Assembly: GCA_964590745.1 (NCBI GenBank)
Contig: CAZPZQ010000001.1
Location: forward strand, 1-47,697
DNA from: an uncultured Mycobacterium sp.
GTDB taxonomy: Bacteria; Actinomycetota; Actinomycetes; Mycobacteriales; Mycobacteriaceae
DNA: 47,697 nucleotides
Reading direction: 5' to 3'
This document shows positions 1 to 8,723 of this stretch, one piece after another. The number at the start of each line of letters is the position of its first letter. The stretch's first letter is position 1. The position numbers and the translations under genes were made by a program. The notes beneath the pieces were generated by a model, which saw only the letters and a list, made by a program, of their open reading frames with translations, made no database searches and was not told the DNA's origin.

Positions 1-144
1 CCGCGCTCGACGCTGGACAAACTGCTCGACGCGGCGCTGGGCGCGTGCGACAAGTTGTTCACGGTGCAGCGCGAAGCGCTGGCTTTGCCTTACCCGGGTG
101 TGCTGCCCGAAGGACCGGAGCCCAAGAAAGCGTTCGGAAGCTGA
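1..144 (+). CDS. rph: Ribonuclease PH, 3' end (partial)
   Basis: Frame +1 reads [47 protein letters not shown], the mycobacterial RNase PH C-terminus; lies directly upstream of rdgB. Confidence 0.9.
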   Translation, partial: PRSTLDKLLDAALGACDKLFTVQREALALPYPGVLPEGPEPKKAFGS

Positions 145-758
145 CCGAACTGTTGGTTGCCAGCCGCAATCTCAAGAAGCTGGCCGAACTGCGCCGGGTA
201 CTCGACGGCGCCGGTATAGCGGGTTTGACGCTGCGGTCGCTGGACCAGGTGGCACCGTTCGACGAGCTTCCCGAGGTGGGCGCCACGTTCGAGGACAACG
301 CTCTGGCCAAAGCCCGCGACGGATACGCGGCAACCGGGCTGGCCTGCGTCGCCGACGATGCCGGACTCGAGGTGGCAGCGCTGAACGGCATGCCCGGAGT
401 ACTGTCGGCCCGCTGGTCGGGTGTGCATGGCGACGACGAGGCCAACACCGCACTGCTGCTGGCCCAGTTGAGCGACGTGCCCGACTCCCGTCGCGCAGCA
501 GCGTTCGTGTCCGCGTGCGCGCTGGTCTGGGGGAGCGGGGCCGACTGCCAAGTGGTGACTCGCGGTGAGTGGCCGGGCACCATCGCCCGGGAAGCGCGCG
601 GCGACCGCGGGTTCGGCTATGACCCGGTCTTTATTCCGGCGGGCGACAACCGGACCGCCGCACAGCTCGACCCGGGGGAGAAGGACGCCGAGTCACACCG
701 CGGCCGGGCACTGGCCCTACTGCTGCCGGCGTTGCGCCGCCTGGCGGCCGGCGGCTAG
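141..758 (+). CDS. rdgB: Non-canonical purine NTP pyrophosphatase (RdgB/HAM1, Rv1341-like)
   Basis: LLVASRNxKK, [18 protein letters not shown] and SHR motifs; start uncertain (CTG at 141 overlapping the rph stop, or TTG at 153). Confidence 0.92.
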   Translation: MTELLVASRNLKKLAELRRVLDGAGIAGLTLRSLDQVAPFDELPEVGATFEDNALAKARDGYAATGLACVADDAGLEVAALNGMPGVLSARWSGVHGDDEANTALLLAQLSDVPDSRRAAAFVSACALVWGSGADCQVVTRGEWPGTIAREARGDRGFGYDPVFIPAGDNRTAAQLDPGEKDAESHRGRALALLLPALRRLAAGG

Positions 759-810
759 CGGACTCGCGCATCCGGCGTTCGTTTCGTATCGAGGCGCACA
801 GTTCGATGCG

Positions 811-1158
811 TTAAAGGTTGAACTGCGCCTTGATGTTTCTGGTCTGGTAGTGCTCGACAATGATGCCGAGCAGCGGAATGGTGCCGGATAGCAGCACCCC
901 GATGGTCTTGCCGATCGGCCACCGAACCTTGACCGCCAGGTTGAAGGTGGCCAGCAAATAGACGAAGTACACCCAGCCATGCACGACGCCAATCCAGCTC
1001 GGCGGGTTGTCAACCTGAACCAGATAGTGCAGCACAAGTTCGTAGCACAGCGCGATCAACCAGATACCGGTCGCCCAGGCCATCACTCGGTAGCCGAGCA
1101 GCGCGTTGCGTATCTTTTCCGCCGCCGCTGTGGGGGTCGGTGTCTCCGGTGGGGTCAT
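811..1158 (-). CDS. DUF3817 membrane protein (Rv1342c-like)
   Basis: YRVMAWATG...HGWVYFVYL...GTIP motifs; synteny between rdgB and lprD. Confidence 0.88.
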   Translation of the reverse strand: MTPPETPTPTAAAEKIRNALLGYRVMAWATGIWLIALCYELVLHYLVQVDNPPSWIGVVHGWVYFVYLLATFNLAVKVRWPIGKTIGVLLSGTIPLLGIIVEHYQTRNIKAQFNL

Positions 1159-1547
1159 GCGGTATTCCTATTCGGTCTGTCGTGGTCGCCCTTCGGCTCC
1201 ACCCCGGCTAATTCGGCCAAATACGCGTTGTATTCGCGCAGCACGGGATCATCGGAATGCGGTGCCGCAGGTGCGGGCCGCTCGGGCAGCAGCCCGGCCG
1301 GCACCTCGGTGAGGGTGTCGGCCCGGTGCAGCTCGGGCGGTGCTTCCTCGTAGCGGACGAATTTGCGGTAGGCGAACAGGCAAAACCAGGCGAACAGCGG
1401 CCACTGCAACGCATAGCCCAGGTTCTGATAGGTGCCCGAGGTCGATTCGAATCTGGTCCACTGCCACCATCCCAGCGCCAGGCAACCGCAGGCGGCGACG
1501 ATCGCCAGCACGATCAGGGCGGGTCTCCGACGCCGTGTAGTGGACAC
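1155..1547 (-). CDS. lprD: LprD-like membrane/lipoprotein (Rv1343c)
   Basis: GTG start MSTTRRRRPAL...GCLALGWWQWTRF...QNLGYALQWPLF...YNAYLAEL; TACGGT -10 lies 6 nt upstream (leaderless); ATGA overlap with next gene. Confidence 0.88.
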   Translation of the reverse strand: MSTTRRRRPALIVLAIVAACGCLALGWWQWTRFESTSGTYQNLGYALQWPLFAWFCLFAYRKFVRYEEAPPELHRADTLTEVPAGLLPERPAPAAPHSDDPVLREYNAYLAELAGVEPKGDHDRPNRNTA

Positions 1548-1639
1548 CCTTTGACCGTACCGCGCTTCGGGCCGGGCGCCAGCACGCCATCGGCCCGACG
1601 AATTCGTCAAGCCGCGCCGTCGCTAGGATCGTTGGCCAC

Positions 1640-1723
1640 GCGGGCGTGGCGAAATCGGAACCCGCGCGGGTTTTAGGTGCCCGTGCTCGAAAGAGCGTGA
1701 GGGTTCGAGTCCCTCCGCCCGCA
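1640..1723 (+). tRNA. tRNA-Leu(TAG)
   Basis: Acceptor stem GCGGGCG/CGCCCGC plus discriminator A; anticodon arm CGGGT-TTTAGGT-GCCCG (TAG at 1674-1676); long variable arm GCTC-GAAA-GAGC; T arm GAGGG-TTCGAGT-CCCTC; CCA not encoded. Confidence 0.96.
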
Positions 1724-1825
1724 CTGTGTGATTCGCGCCCAGGTCACCGACTGTCCGGTCGATGTTTGACAGAAGTTCAATTCGCGGTCGCCTCGCGTAG
1801 TAATGCCGGTGGCACGCTGCGGAGC

Positions 1826-2038
1826 GTGAACTTCAAGGTTGTTTTCGCCGCTCCGTGCGGCACCGCCACCAAAAAGTACAAGGGCACCGACAGTTACGAA
1901 ATCGTCCGGGGCGGTGTCCTGCGGGTCGACACCCAGCGGACACCGGAAAAGGGCACCCATCACTTCGCCCCGGGACACTGGCTTGAAGTAGCCGAGCTAG
2001 CCGATCCGGTGACGCCGCAACTCGGGACGGCCGAGTAG
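1826..2038 (+). CDS. Small hypothetical protein (70 aa)
   Basis: GTG start MNFKVVFAAP...YEIVRGGVLRV...FAPGHWLEV; beta-rich, natural-looking composition; the longer ORF from 1646 overlaps the tRNA. Confidence 0.55.
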   Translation: MNFKVVFAAPCGTATKKYKGTDSYEIVRGGVLRVDTQRTPEKGTHHFAPGHWLEVAELADPVTPQLGTAE

Positions 2039-2039
2039 C

Positions 2040-2477
2040 TCAGCAGGTCACGTCGATGGTGAAGTCCGCGGTGGCCAACTCGCCGGGGTTGTCCGGGTCG
2101 GAACCCTGCGCGGTGCCGGTGATGTGGTAGGTGTCCGAGGCGAACGTCGCCTCAGCGTTGCCCGTCGCGGCGTTGGCAACGCCGGTGAAGCCGTCGAAAT
2201 TGTCGAAGCTGACCGACTGGGGCTTCGGCGTGTCGGGTTCAAGGTCGAGCATCGCGTGCACGTGGGCTGGTTCGGCGCCGATATTCACCGTCAACAACCA
2301 TTGAACCTGCGCGCAGGAGACATCGTGCGAGGTTCGGGCATTGCCGTTGATTGCGACCCGGGCCCTCTTCTGCACATTGCCCGACTGACCGCAACCCGAT
2401 GTGCCGGCCAGCACAGCACCGGCGACCAGTGCTGCGGCGACGCACCGGCGAGGCGGCGTCGAATTAGCTGAAATCAA
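2040..2477 (-). CDS. LpqH/19-kDa-family lipoprotein
   Basis: Hydrophobic signal plus lipobox-like GTSG-C; VSC, YHITGTAQG and FTIDVTC motifs of the family; start (TTG 2477) uncertain. Confidence 0.8.
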   Translation of the reverse strand: MISANSTPPRRCVAAALVAGAVLAGTSGCGQSGNVQKRARVAINGNARTSHDVSCAQVQWLLTVNIGAEPAHVHAMLDLEPDTPKPQSVSFDNFDGFTGVANAATGNAEATFASDTYHITGTAQGSDPDNPGELATADFTIDVTC

Positions 2478-3615
2478 TGATGCCCCTGATGATTTCACCG
2501 CTGTGCAAGTCCTGATAGGCGTCGTTGATGTCGTCGAGGCGATACCGCCTGGTGATCATTTCGTCGAGTTGCAGCTGTCCGCTCTGATACAGCAGTGCCA
2601 GCCTTGAAATGTCGGCCCTTGGGTTGCACGATCCGAAGACGGTGCCCACCAGGTTCTTGTTCATCAAGATGAAATCCTGCAGGTTGATCTTGATGGAATG
2701 GGTGGTTGGCGTGGTCATCCCAGTGAGCACGCAGGTTCCGCCCTTACGGGTCAGGGTCACGGCGGCGTGCACGTCGGCAGCGCCAATCAACGACGGTGAC
2801 ACCACCACGGCGTCGGCCATCACCCCGGAGGTGAGATCGCGGACCAGATCCACCGCGTCGGCAGCCGTTGCGACAGCGTGAGTAGCGCCAAACCGCAGTG
2901 CCGACTTCTGTTTGAACTCGACCGGGTCGACGGCGACGATCTGTGCGGCGCCATTGATCCGGGCGCCCTGGATGGCTCCGGTGCCGATACCGCCGGCGCC
3001 GATGACGACTGCCGTGTCGCCGCCGCGGATCCGGCCGCGGTGTGCCACCGAACCGTATCCGGTGGGCACCGCACACGACAGCAGTGCACTGGGGGCCAAC
3101 GGCAACCGCGGATCGATTTTGACCAGCGAGCTCGCTGCGACCACGGTGTGCTGTGCGAACGCACCGATCTTGGATAAGTGACCGAGCGGCTGTCCGTCTC
3201 TGGTGTGGTGACGAAACGTGCCGTCGGTGGGCATGCCCGGGGTCAGGGTTCCGATGCCGGCGTCGCAGAGGTACTCCATGCCCGTCGCGCACCAGCGGCA
3301 CCGCCCGCAGACCGCGACGAAGGACGCCACCACGTGGTCACCCGGCGCGAAATCAGTGACGCCGTCACCGATTTGCCGGACGATGCCGGAGCCCTCGTGA
3401 CCGCCGATGGTCGGGAACATGGTGGGCAGACCCAGCGACCGCAGCACCTCGTTGGGGGCCGCCATATCGCCGTTGCGGATGTGCTCGTCGGAATGGCACA
3501 GCCCGGCGGCGGCCATCTCGACCAGTACTTCGCCGGCGCGCGGCGGGTCCAGCTGGAATTCCTCTATCGACCACGGCTTGCCCACATCGTGCAGGACGGC
3601 CGCCCGGCTCTTCAC
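2464..3615 (-). CDS. Zn-dependent (NDMA-type, nicotinoprotein) alcohol dehydrogenase, mycofactocin-associated type
   Basis: MKSRAAVL start in GTGA overlap with the P450 stop; GLCHSDEH, GGHEGSG, CGRCRWC..C and GAGGIG motifs. Confidence 0.9.
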   Translation of the reverse strand: MKSRAAVLHDVGKPWSIEEFQLDPPRAGEVLVEMAAAGLCHSDEHIRNGDMAAPNEVLRSLGLPTMFPTIGGHEGSGIVRQIGDGVTDFAPGDHVVASFVAVCGRCRWCATGMEYLCDAGIGTLTPGMPTDGTFRHHTRDGQPLGHLSKIGAFAQHTVVAASSLVKIDPRLPLAPSALLSCAVPTGYGSVAHRGRIRGGDTAVVIGAGGIGTGAIQGARINGAAQIVAVDPVEFKQKSALRFGATHAVATAADAVDLVRDLTSGVMADAVVVSPSLIGAADVHAAVTLTRKGGTCVLTGMTTPTTHSIKINLQDFILMNKNLVGTVFGSCNPRADISRLALLYQSGQLQLDEMITRRYRLDDINDAYQDLHSGEIIRGIIDFS

Positions 3616-4838
3616 GACACCGGTGTGAACGTCACCGGCAATCGGTTGGGTGACCGGAAGGTCAGTCCGACGATGTCGGCGTCGCTGTCCGGGACCAGCG
3701 TCAGATCGGTGACCCGGTCCAACAGGCTCTCCAGCATGATCTGCGTTTCCAGCCTCGCCAGATGCATGCCCATACACATGTGTTCGCCGGCACCGAACGA
3801 CATGTGCGCCTTGTGCGGCCGAAGGATGTCGAACACGTCGGGATCGGTCCACCGGCTTTCGTCACGGTTGGCCGCTCCCATGCACAAGTCGACTTGCGCA
3901 CCCTTCGGGATTGTCTTCCCGCCTATCTCGACATCCTGCGTGGTGGTGCGCACCACCGTCGTCAGCGGTGTTTCGTATCGCAGACCTTCTTCAAACGCGA
4001 GGGGTATCAGCGATCGATCCTGGTAGAGCATGGCCAGCTGGTCTGGATGGGTGAGCAGGAGATGCAGCAGATTTCCCGACGAGCGGTAAGTCGTTTCCAG
4101 GCCGGCCAGCAGCAGCAGCCGCAAAAACGCGATGATCGCTTCGTCGGTCAGCTTCTCTCCGTCGATTTCAGCGCTGACCAGGTCGCCGATGATGTCGTTG
4201 GTCATCTTGCGGTGCCGTTGTTCGACCTGGTCGAGGAAGTAGTCGTGCAGTTCGACTGATGCTCGCAGCCCCGCCTCGATGTCGACCGGGATCGAGATCA
4301 GGTCGAACGACAGCCTCCGGAACATGTCCAGGTCTTCCATCGGCAGCCCGAGCAGGATGGCGGTGATCCGGGTCGGAAACTCCGACGTCACCGTCTTGAC
4401 CAGGTCAGCGGCGCCGTGGTCTTTGAACTCATCGACCAGCCCTTCACACACCGGTCTGATGACGGTCGGTTCCCAGTTCCGCAGCGCGGCGCCACGGAAG
4501 GCCTTCGCTACCAGGCTGCGGTGTTTGTGGTGTTCTCGGCCGCGCATCGCCAGGATGGTGTGGCCAATCACCAGGCCGATCGTCATGTCGTAGTTCTCTG
4601 TGGTGAACACCTCATCGTCGTTGCGGAACGCCCGGAACACATCCTCGTAGCGGAACAGGCTCCACTCGTCGTCCGGCAGAAGTTCCGGTGGTGTCTGCTC
4701 GTGCTTCGGCATCACACCGCCGTGCCAGACCGGCTCCGTGCGCCGCATGTGGTTGAAGAACGGGTACGGGCTGGTTTCACCGGTGTGGTCCAAGGTGATC
4801 GATCGGTCGTGCGGATCGGTGCTGATTGTCACCGGCAT
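3612..4838 (-). CDS. Cytochrome P450
   Basis: I-helix AGLETT, EGLR (ExxR), heme motif FGAGEHMCMG; ATG 4838 after a purine-rich RBS. Confidence 0.95.
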   Translation of the reverse strand: MPVTISTDPHDRSITLDHTGETSPYPFFNHMRRTEPVWHGGVMPKHEQTPPELLPDDEWSLFRYEDVFRAFRNDDEVFTTENYDMTIGLVIGHTILAMRGREHHKHRSLVAKAFRGAALRNWEPTVIRPVCEGLVDEFKDHGAADLVKTVTSEFPTRITAILLGLPMEDLDMFRRLSFDLISIPVDIEAGLRASVELHDYFLDQVEQRHRKMTNDIIGDLVSAEIDGEKLTDEAIIAFLRLLLLAGLETTYRSSGNLLHLLLTHPDQLAMLYQDRSLIPLAFEEGLRYETPLTTVVRTTTQDVEIGGKTIPKGAQVDLCMGAANRDESRWTDPDVFDILRPHKAHMSFGAGEHMCMGMHLARLETQIMLESLLDRVTDLTLVPDSDADIVGLTFRSPNRLPVTFTPVS

Positions 4839-4875
4839 GCCTCTCTCTGCAGCGGACTTGTCTGCGCGGAACCTC

Positions 4876-4903
4876 GCTATCATAATATAAATAGCAATAA
4901 AGC
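4876..4903. promoter_or_regulatory. Tandem 9-bp operator-like motif, copy 1
   Basis: g-CTATCATAA-TATAAATAG-CAATAAAG-c in the P450/Rieske ferredoxin divergent intergenic region. Confidence 0.7.
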
Positions 4904-4970
4904 CCAATGGTTGTTGTCGCGTTCGCCGCGGGGCGACATGATTGTCTTAGCTGCTCGAGGGAGGCGGTCA

Positions 4971-5330
4971 ATGCCGATACGCCAGTTTGTCTGCGCACTC
5001 GACGAGTTGCCGCCGGGTTCGATGAAGCTGGTCGATGTCGGCAAGTTCGGCGTCGGTGTCTACAACGTGCGCGGCTCGTTGCATGCGATTGTCAACTACT
5101 GCTCTCATCAGGGCGCGCCGCTGTGTCTCGGCTCGGTCAACGGCACCACCGAGCCCGACCCGGAACAGCCGGATGGAGTACGCCTGGTGCGCGAAGGTCA
5201 GATCGTCCGATGCCCCTGGCACCAATGGGAGTTCGACATCACCACCGGGAAGAACGTCGCCGATCCGCAGCGCCGGGTGCGCACCTACGAAGTCGACGTC
5301 AGCGACGGAGAGGTCTACCTCACGGCATGA
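4971..5330 (+). CDS. Rieske [2Fe-2S] ferredoxin
   Basis: CSH...CPWH ligands, WEFDITTG; RBS GGAGG; ATGA coupling to next gene. Confidence 0.92.
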   Translation: MPIRQFVCALDELPPGSMKLVDVGKFGVGVYNVRGSLHAIVNYCSHQGAPLCLGSVNGTTEPDPEQPDGVRLVREGQIVRCPWHQWEFDITTGKNVADPQRRVRTYEVDVSDGEVYLTA

Positions 5331-6421
5331 GCAAACCAACTTCCGGCGGTCCAGTTATCGACGCCAACGTCCAACCGCATTTCCGCAATAACGCTGAAAT
5401 CCGGCACTACCTGCCGCCGGTGCACAAGCTCCGGGCGATACCGGACGTGGAGCAGCAGTGGTATCAGGCGCCGGGCGGTGACTACCGGCCGGATCTCTAT
5501 GGCGAGCACTACCCGGGCTCCGACCCGGAAACCGTCAGCCGGCACCTGTTCGGCGACTGGCACATCGACTACGCGATCCTCAACCCGTTGACCCGCGGTA
5601 ACATCGCCGACTATCTGCTCAACAGCCGGATTTGCGCCGCGGTCAACGACTGGCTGTTGGACCGGTGGCTGATACCGGATGCCACCAACCGGTTTCGTGG
5701 CACCATCCGGGTCAACCCCGAGGACCCCAAGGGTGCGGTCGCTGAAATCGAGCGGTTGGCTGGGCATCCGAAAATGGTCCAGGTCGGAGTGCCCATGCAG
5801 TCACGCGAACCGTACGGCAAGCCGATGTTCGAGCCGATCTGGGAGGCCGCGGAAGCCCACGGACTTCCGGTGGCGGTACACATCAACGGCGGCAATGGGA
5901 TTGACCACGCGCCCACCTTCGCCGGCCACGCTCACACCTACCCCGGATATGCGGCGTTCATGCCACTGAACTACTTCGTGCACTTGGCCACGCTGATCGT
6001 CGAGGGTGTTTTCGGGCGTCACCCCGGGCTGAAGGTCGTTTTCGCCGACGGTGGTTACGACATTCTCACGCCGCTGATGTGGCGGCTGGACACCTTCTGG
6101 CTATCGATGCGTGACCAGACTCCGTGGGTGGACCGGTATCCCAGTGAGTACCTGGCCGACCACGTCCGGTTCTGTTCGTCGTCGCTAGACGGGCCGACCG
6201 ACACCGGCCAGATTGCCCAGTGGATGGACTTCTCGAACAAGTCGGAACTGGTCATGTACGGTTCGAGCTATCCGCACTGGTCGACATCGCCACCGGGCGT
6301 AATGGCGGCGGGTCTGGACAGCCCGCAGCGGGATAAGTTCTTGTGGCGAAACGCCAGTAACTTGTATGGGCTCACCCAACCGACGGCAGCTCGCCCGATC
6401 GACGAAAGTAGCGTGTCATGA
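5327..6421 (+). CDS. Amidohydrolase_2-fold protein with degenerate metal site (AibH1-like partner subunit)
   Basis: IDANVQPH, VAVHING, FADGG, YGSSYPHW: family fold motifs with several ligands substituted. Confidence 0.85.
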   Translation: MSKPTSGGPVIDANVQPHFRNNAEIRHYLPPVHKLRAIPDVEQQWYQAPGGDYRPDLYGEHYPGSDPETVSRHLFGDWHIDYAILNPLTRGNIADYLLNSRICAAVNDWLLDRWLIPDATNRFRGTIRVNPEDPKGAVAEIERLAGHPKMVQVGVPMQSREPYGKPMFEPIWEAAEAHGLPVAVHINGGNGIDHAPTFAGHAHTYPGYAAFMPLNYFVHLATLIVEGVFGRHPGLKVVFADGGYDILTPLMWRLDTFWLSMRDQTPWVDRYPSEYLADHVRFCSSSLDGPTDTGQIAQWMDFSNKSELVMYGSSYPHWSTSPPGVMAAGLDSPQRDKFLWRNASNLYGLTQPTAARPIDESSVS

Positions 6422-7581
6422 CCGCTTCGGAACGGGCCGAGTCGCAGGTCCAAAGTGATGAGATCGCGGTGACCATCGTCGACACCGACGTGCACCCGAT
6501 GGTGGCGTCGCTGGATGTGTTGAAGTCTTACGCTCCGCCGGAATGGGTGGACAAGATCTTTCCGACCGGGCACGCGGTGACTCCGATACCACATTTCTAT
6601 GACACCCCGAATTCCTTTAAGACGTTTTCGCTTCGAACCGACGCCGTCCCGCCCGGCGGTGGATTCCCGGGAACCGACCCCGATTTCGCGGCCAAGCAAC
6701 TATTGCTTGACGCCGGAGTCAGCATCGCGCTGCTGGAACCGCTGTGCGACGCCCAGCTGCCGGAAGCCGAACACGTGCTGAAATCGACCTACAACGACTG
6801 GCTCGCGGACTTGTGGCTGGACAAGCACAACAGCCACGGTCGCTGGCGTGGGACCGTCAGTGTCAGTGCCCAGGCGCCTGAGCTGGCGGCGCGTGAAATC
6901 GAGCGCTGGGCGGGCCATCCGTACATGGCTGAGGTGCTGATGACACCGCAGACCCGTGGAATACCTTTCGGTAACCCACATTTCGATCCACTCTATGCCG
7001 CCGCGGCTCGCAACGGACTTCCGGTGGCCACGCATCTGATGGGCCAGACCCCGTTTGAGTTGGTCCCCATTTATCCGGTGGGGAATCCGGCGCACTGGCA
7101 TGATTTCTTCGCATCGTGGCCGCTACTGTTCGTATCGCACTTGATGAGCCTGGTATTCGACGGTGCATTCGACCGCCATCCAGACCTGCGGGTGGTGTTC
7201 GTCGAAGGCGGCTTTACCTGGGTGGCGCCGGTGATGTGGCGGATGGACCGAATCTGGGAGGCTCGCCGGGGCGATCTCCCACAGGTGCGACGGCGTCCGT
7301 CCGAATATGTGCGCGAGCACGTCCGGTTCACCACGCAGCCACTCGAGGAAATCAACGTCGCGGTGTATCGCGAGTACCTGGAGATGGCCGACCTGGGCAA
7401 CATCCTGATGTTCTCCACCGACTACCCGCACTGGAGCTACGACTCGCCCAGTTATGCGATCAACCGGTTCCCGCGTGACCAGCGGGAGCGGATCATGTAC
7501 GGCAACGCAACGGCCTTGTACCGGCTGCCGTCGAGGGTGAAGGCGCTGCCGGGGGAACGGTCAGCCGCCGATGTCGCTTGA
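6418..7581 (+). CDS. Amidohydrolase_2-fold protein, probable dinuclear oxygenase catalytic subunit (AibH2-like)
   Basis: VDTDVH, VATHL, FVEGG, FSTDYPHW ligands intact; ATGA-coupled to its paralog. Confidence 0.85.
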   Translation: MTASERAESQVQSDEIAVTIVDTDVHPMVASLDVLKSYAPPEWVDKIFPTGHAVTPIPHFYDTPNSFKTFSLRTDAVPPGGGFPGTDPDFAAKQLLLDAGVSIALLEPLCDAQLPEAEHVLKSTYNDWLADLWLDKHNSHGRWRGTVSVSAQAPELAAREIERWAGHPYMAEVLMTPQTRGIPFGNPHFDPLYAAAARNGLPVATHLMGQTPFELVPIYPVGNPAHWHDFFASWPLLFVSHLMSLVFDGAFDRHPDLRVVFVEGGFTWVAPVMWRMDRIWEARRGDLPQVRRRPSEYVREHVRFTTQPLEEINVAVYREYLEMADLGNILMFSTDYPHWSYDSPSYAINRFPRDQRERIMYGNATALYRLPSRVKALPGERSAADVA

Positions 7582-8008
7582 GCGTCGGGACGACCCGACG
7601 GCGGCACTGGTCGCTCTGGTGCGTGAGTACGACGAGAAATGGTCGACTCTCGATATTGCCGGGCTCGCCGACTTGTGGGAGTTGAAAAGTCCGCAGCCGG
7701 TGTATTTCGCCGATGAGTATGCGACGCCGTTGATCGGGTTCGATGAATTCGACCGGCACTGGGTCCGAGTTGGTGGCCGGCTCAAGAAGGCGTCGGTGTC
7801 GTCGGAGTTGCGGTACTGCGACATGCTTGCCGACGGCTTTGCTCGCTGCGTGGTACTGAGTAGGTGGCACCTCACCGGACATGAGTCCGACGTAGTGCAC
7901 ACCGGTGCCAGCTGGATCACCTGGCTGGTGGTAGTACGCGGCGACCGCTACCGCATCTGTCACCACATGGAAACACAGGTCTACTTGCCCGACGACGAAG
8001 CGCGGTAA
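7571..8008 (+). CDS. SnoaL/NTF2-like protein
   Basis: 145 aa; N-terminal helix ending WSTLDIAGLADLW, C-terminal beta strands ending YRICHHME. Confidence 0.7.
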   Translation: MSLERRDDPTAALVALVREYDEKWSTLDIAGLADLWELKSPQPVYFADEYATPLIGFDEFDRHWVRVGGRLKKASVSSELRYCDMLADGFARCVVLSRWHLTGHESDVVHTGASWITWLVVVRGDRYRICHHMETQVYLPDDEAR

Positions 8009-8027
8009 CGGACCGGCCGGAGCCCGG

Positions 8028-8723
8028 TCAGACCGGGTCCAGTCGGGCGATCAGCCAACTGCCGTCAACCTTCGACAACGACACCTGCACACTGCGTGCT
8101 GCCATCGCCGGCTCCGGCTGCTGTCTGCTGGTGGTGGTCTGGTCCACGAACACCAGCACCACCGCGGATTCGGGGTGCAGTTCTGCCACCGCGATGCCGA
8201 CCACTTCGGCGGTAGTGGTCAATCCCTTTTCTTTCGCCGCCGGAGCAACCACCTGTCGAGCGAAGTCCTCGAAATAAGACAGGAAGTCACCGGTCAGGTG
8301 TGACCTCGCGGTGGCCAGGTCGCTGTCGACCGTCTCCGGCGTGTAAGACAGCATCGCAACGGTGCCGTCGCGCGCCGCACTGGCCACCACGGCCGCCGCG
8401 CCGGCATTGGTCTGGTTGTCGGGCCGGTACCAGGAGACGTACAGCCAGGTGGTCAACGCGGCGGCGACCAGCACGAGAAGAACCAGCAGCGCCGGGGCAA
8501 GCTTCACCTCAGCGGTTTGCAGCCGGTGTCGGATGCCGGGCTTGTGCCGCGCGTCGTCGGCGGTGCCGATGCGCCGCTCCTCAGCATCGCTGCGCGCTGC
8601 ATCGTCGTCGGCGGTGCTGATGCGCCGCTCCTCAGCATCGCTGCGCGCTGCATCGTCGTCGGCGGTGCTGATGCGCCGCTCCTCAGCATCGCTGCGCGCT
8701 GCATCGTCGTCGGCGGTGGTCAT
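8028..8723 (-). CDS. Mce-associated membrane (Mam) protein with N-terminal 17-aa repeats
   Basis: Single TM helix; [29 protein letters not shown] and WLIARLDPV motifs. Confidence 0.88.
   Translation of the reverse strand: MTTADDDAARSDAEERRISTADDDAARSDAEERRISTADDDAARSDAEERRIGTADDARHKPGIRHRLQTAEVKLAPALLVLLVLVAAALTTWLYVSWYRPDNQTNAGAAAVVASAARDGTVAMLSYTPETVDSDLATARSHLTGDFLSYFEDFARQVVAPAAKEKGLTTTAEVVGIAVAELHPESAVVLVFVDQTTTSRQQPEPAMAARSVQVSLSKVDGSWLIARLDPV
8552..8718 (-). repeat. MIRU-like 51-bp tandem repeat (~3.3 copies)
   Basis: Units start at 8568, 8619 and 8670 (+); minus strand reads ACCGCCGACGACGATGCAGCGCGCAGCGATGCTGAGGAGCGGCGCATCAGC, resembling the MIRU core GACGATGCAG...GCGATG..GAGGAGCGGCGC. 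Confidence 0.9.

Noticed and set aside
1700-1723. tRNA 3' end as attachment site of a prophage or ICE
   Set aside because: No second copy, integrase or phage gene seen by eye; an exact string search would be needed to exclude a short att core
1646-1825. 5' extension of the 130-aa ORF (1646-2038)
   Set aside because: Overlaps the tRNA-Leu gene; a GTG at 1826 gives a more plausible protein
8552-8718. Possible CRISPR array
   Set aside because: Units are contiguous near-identical tandem repeats with no unique spacers and no cas genes
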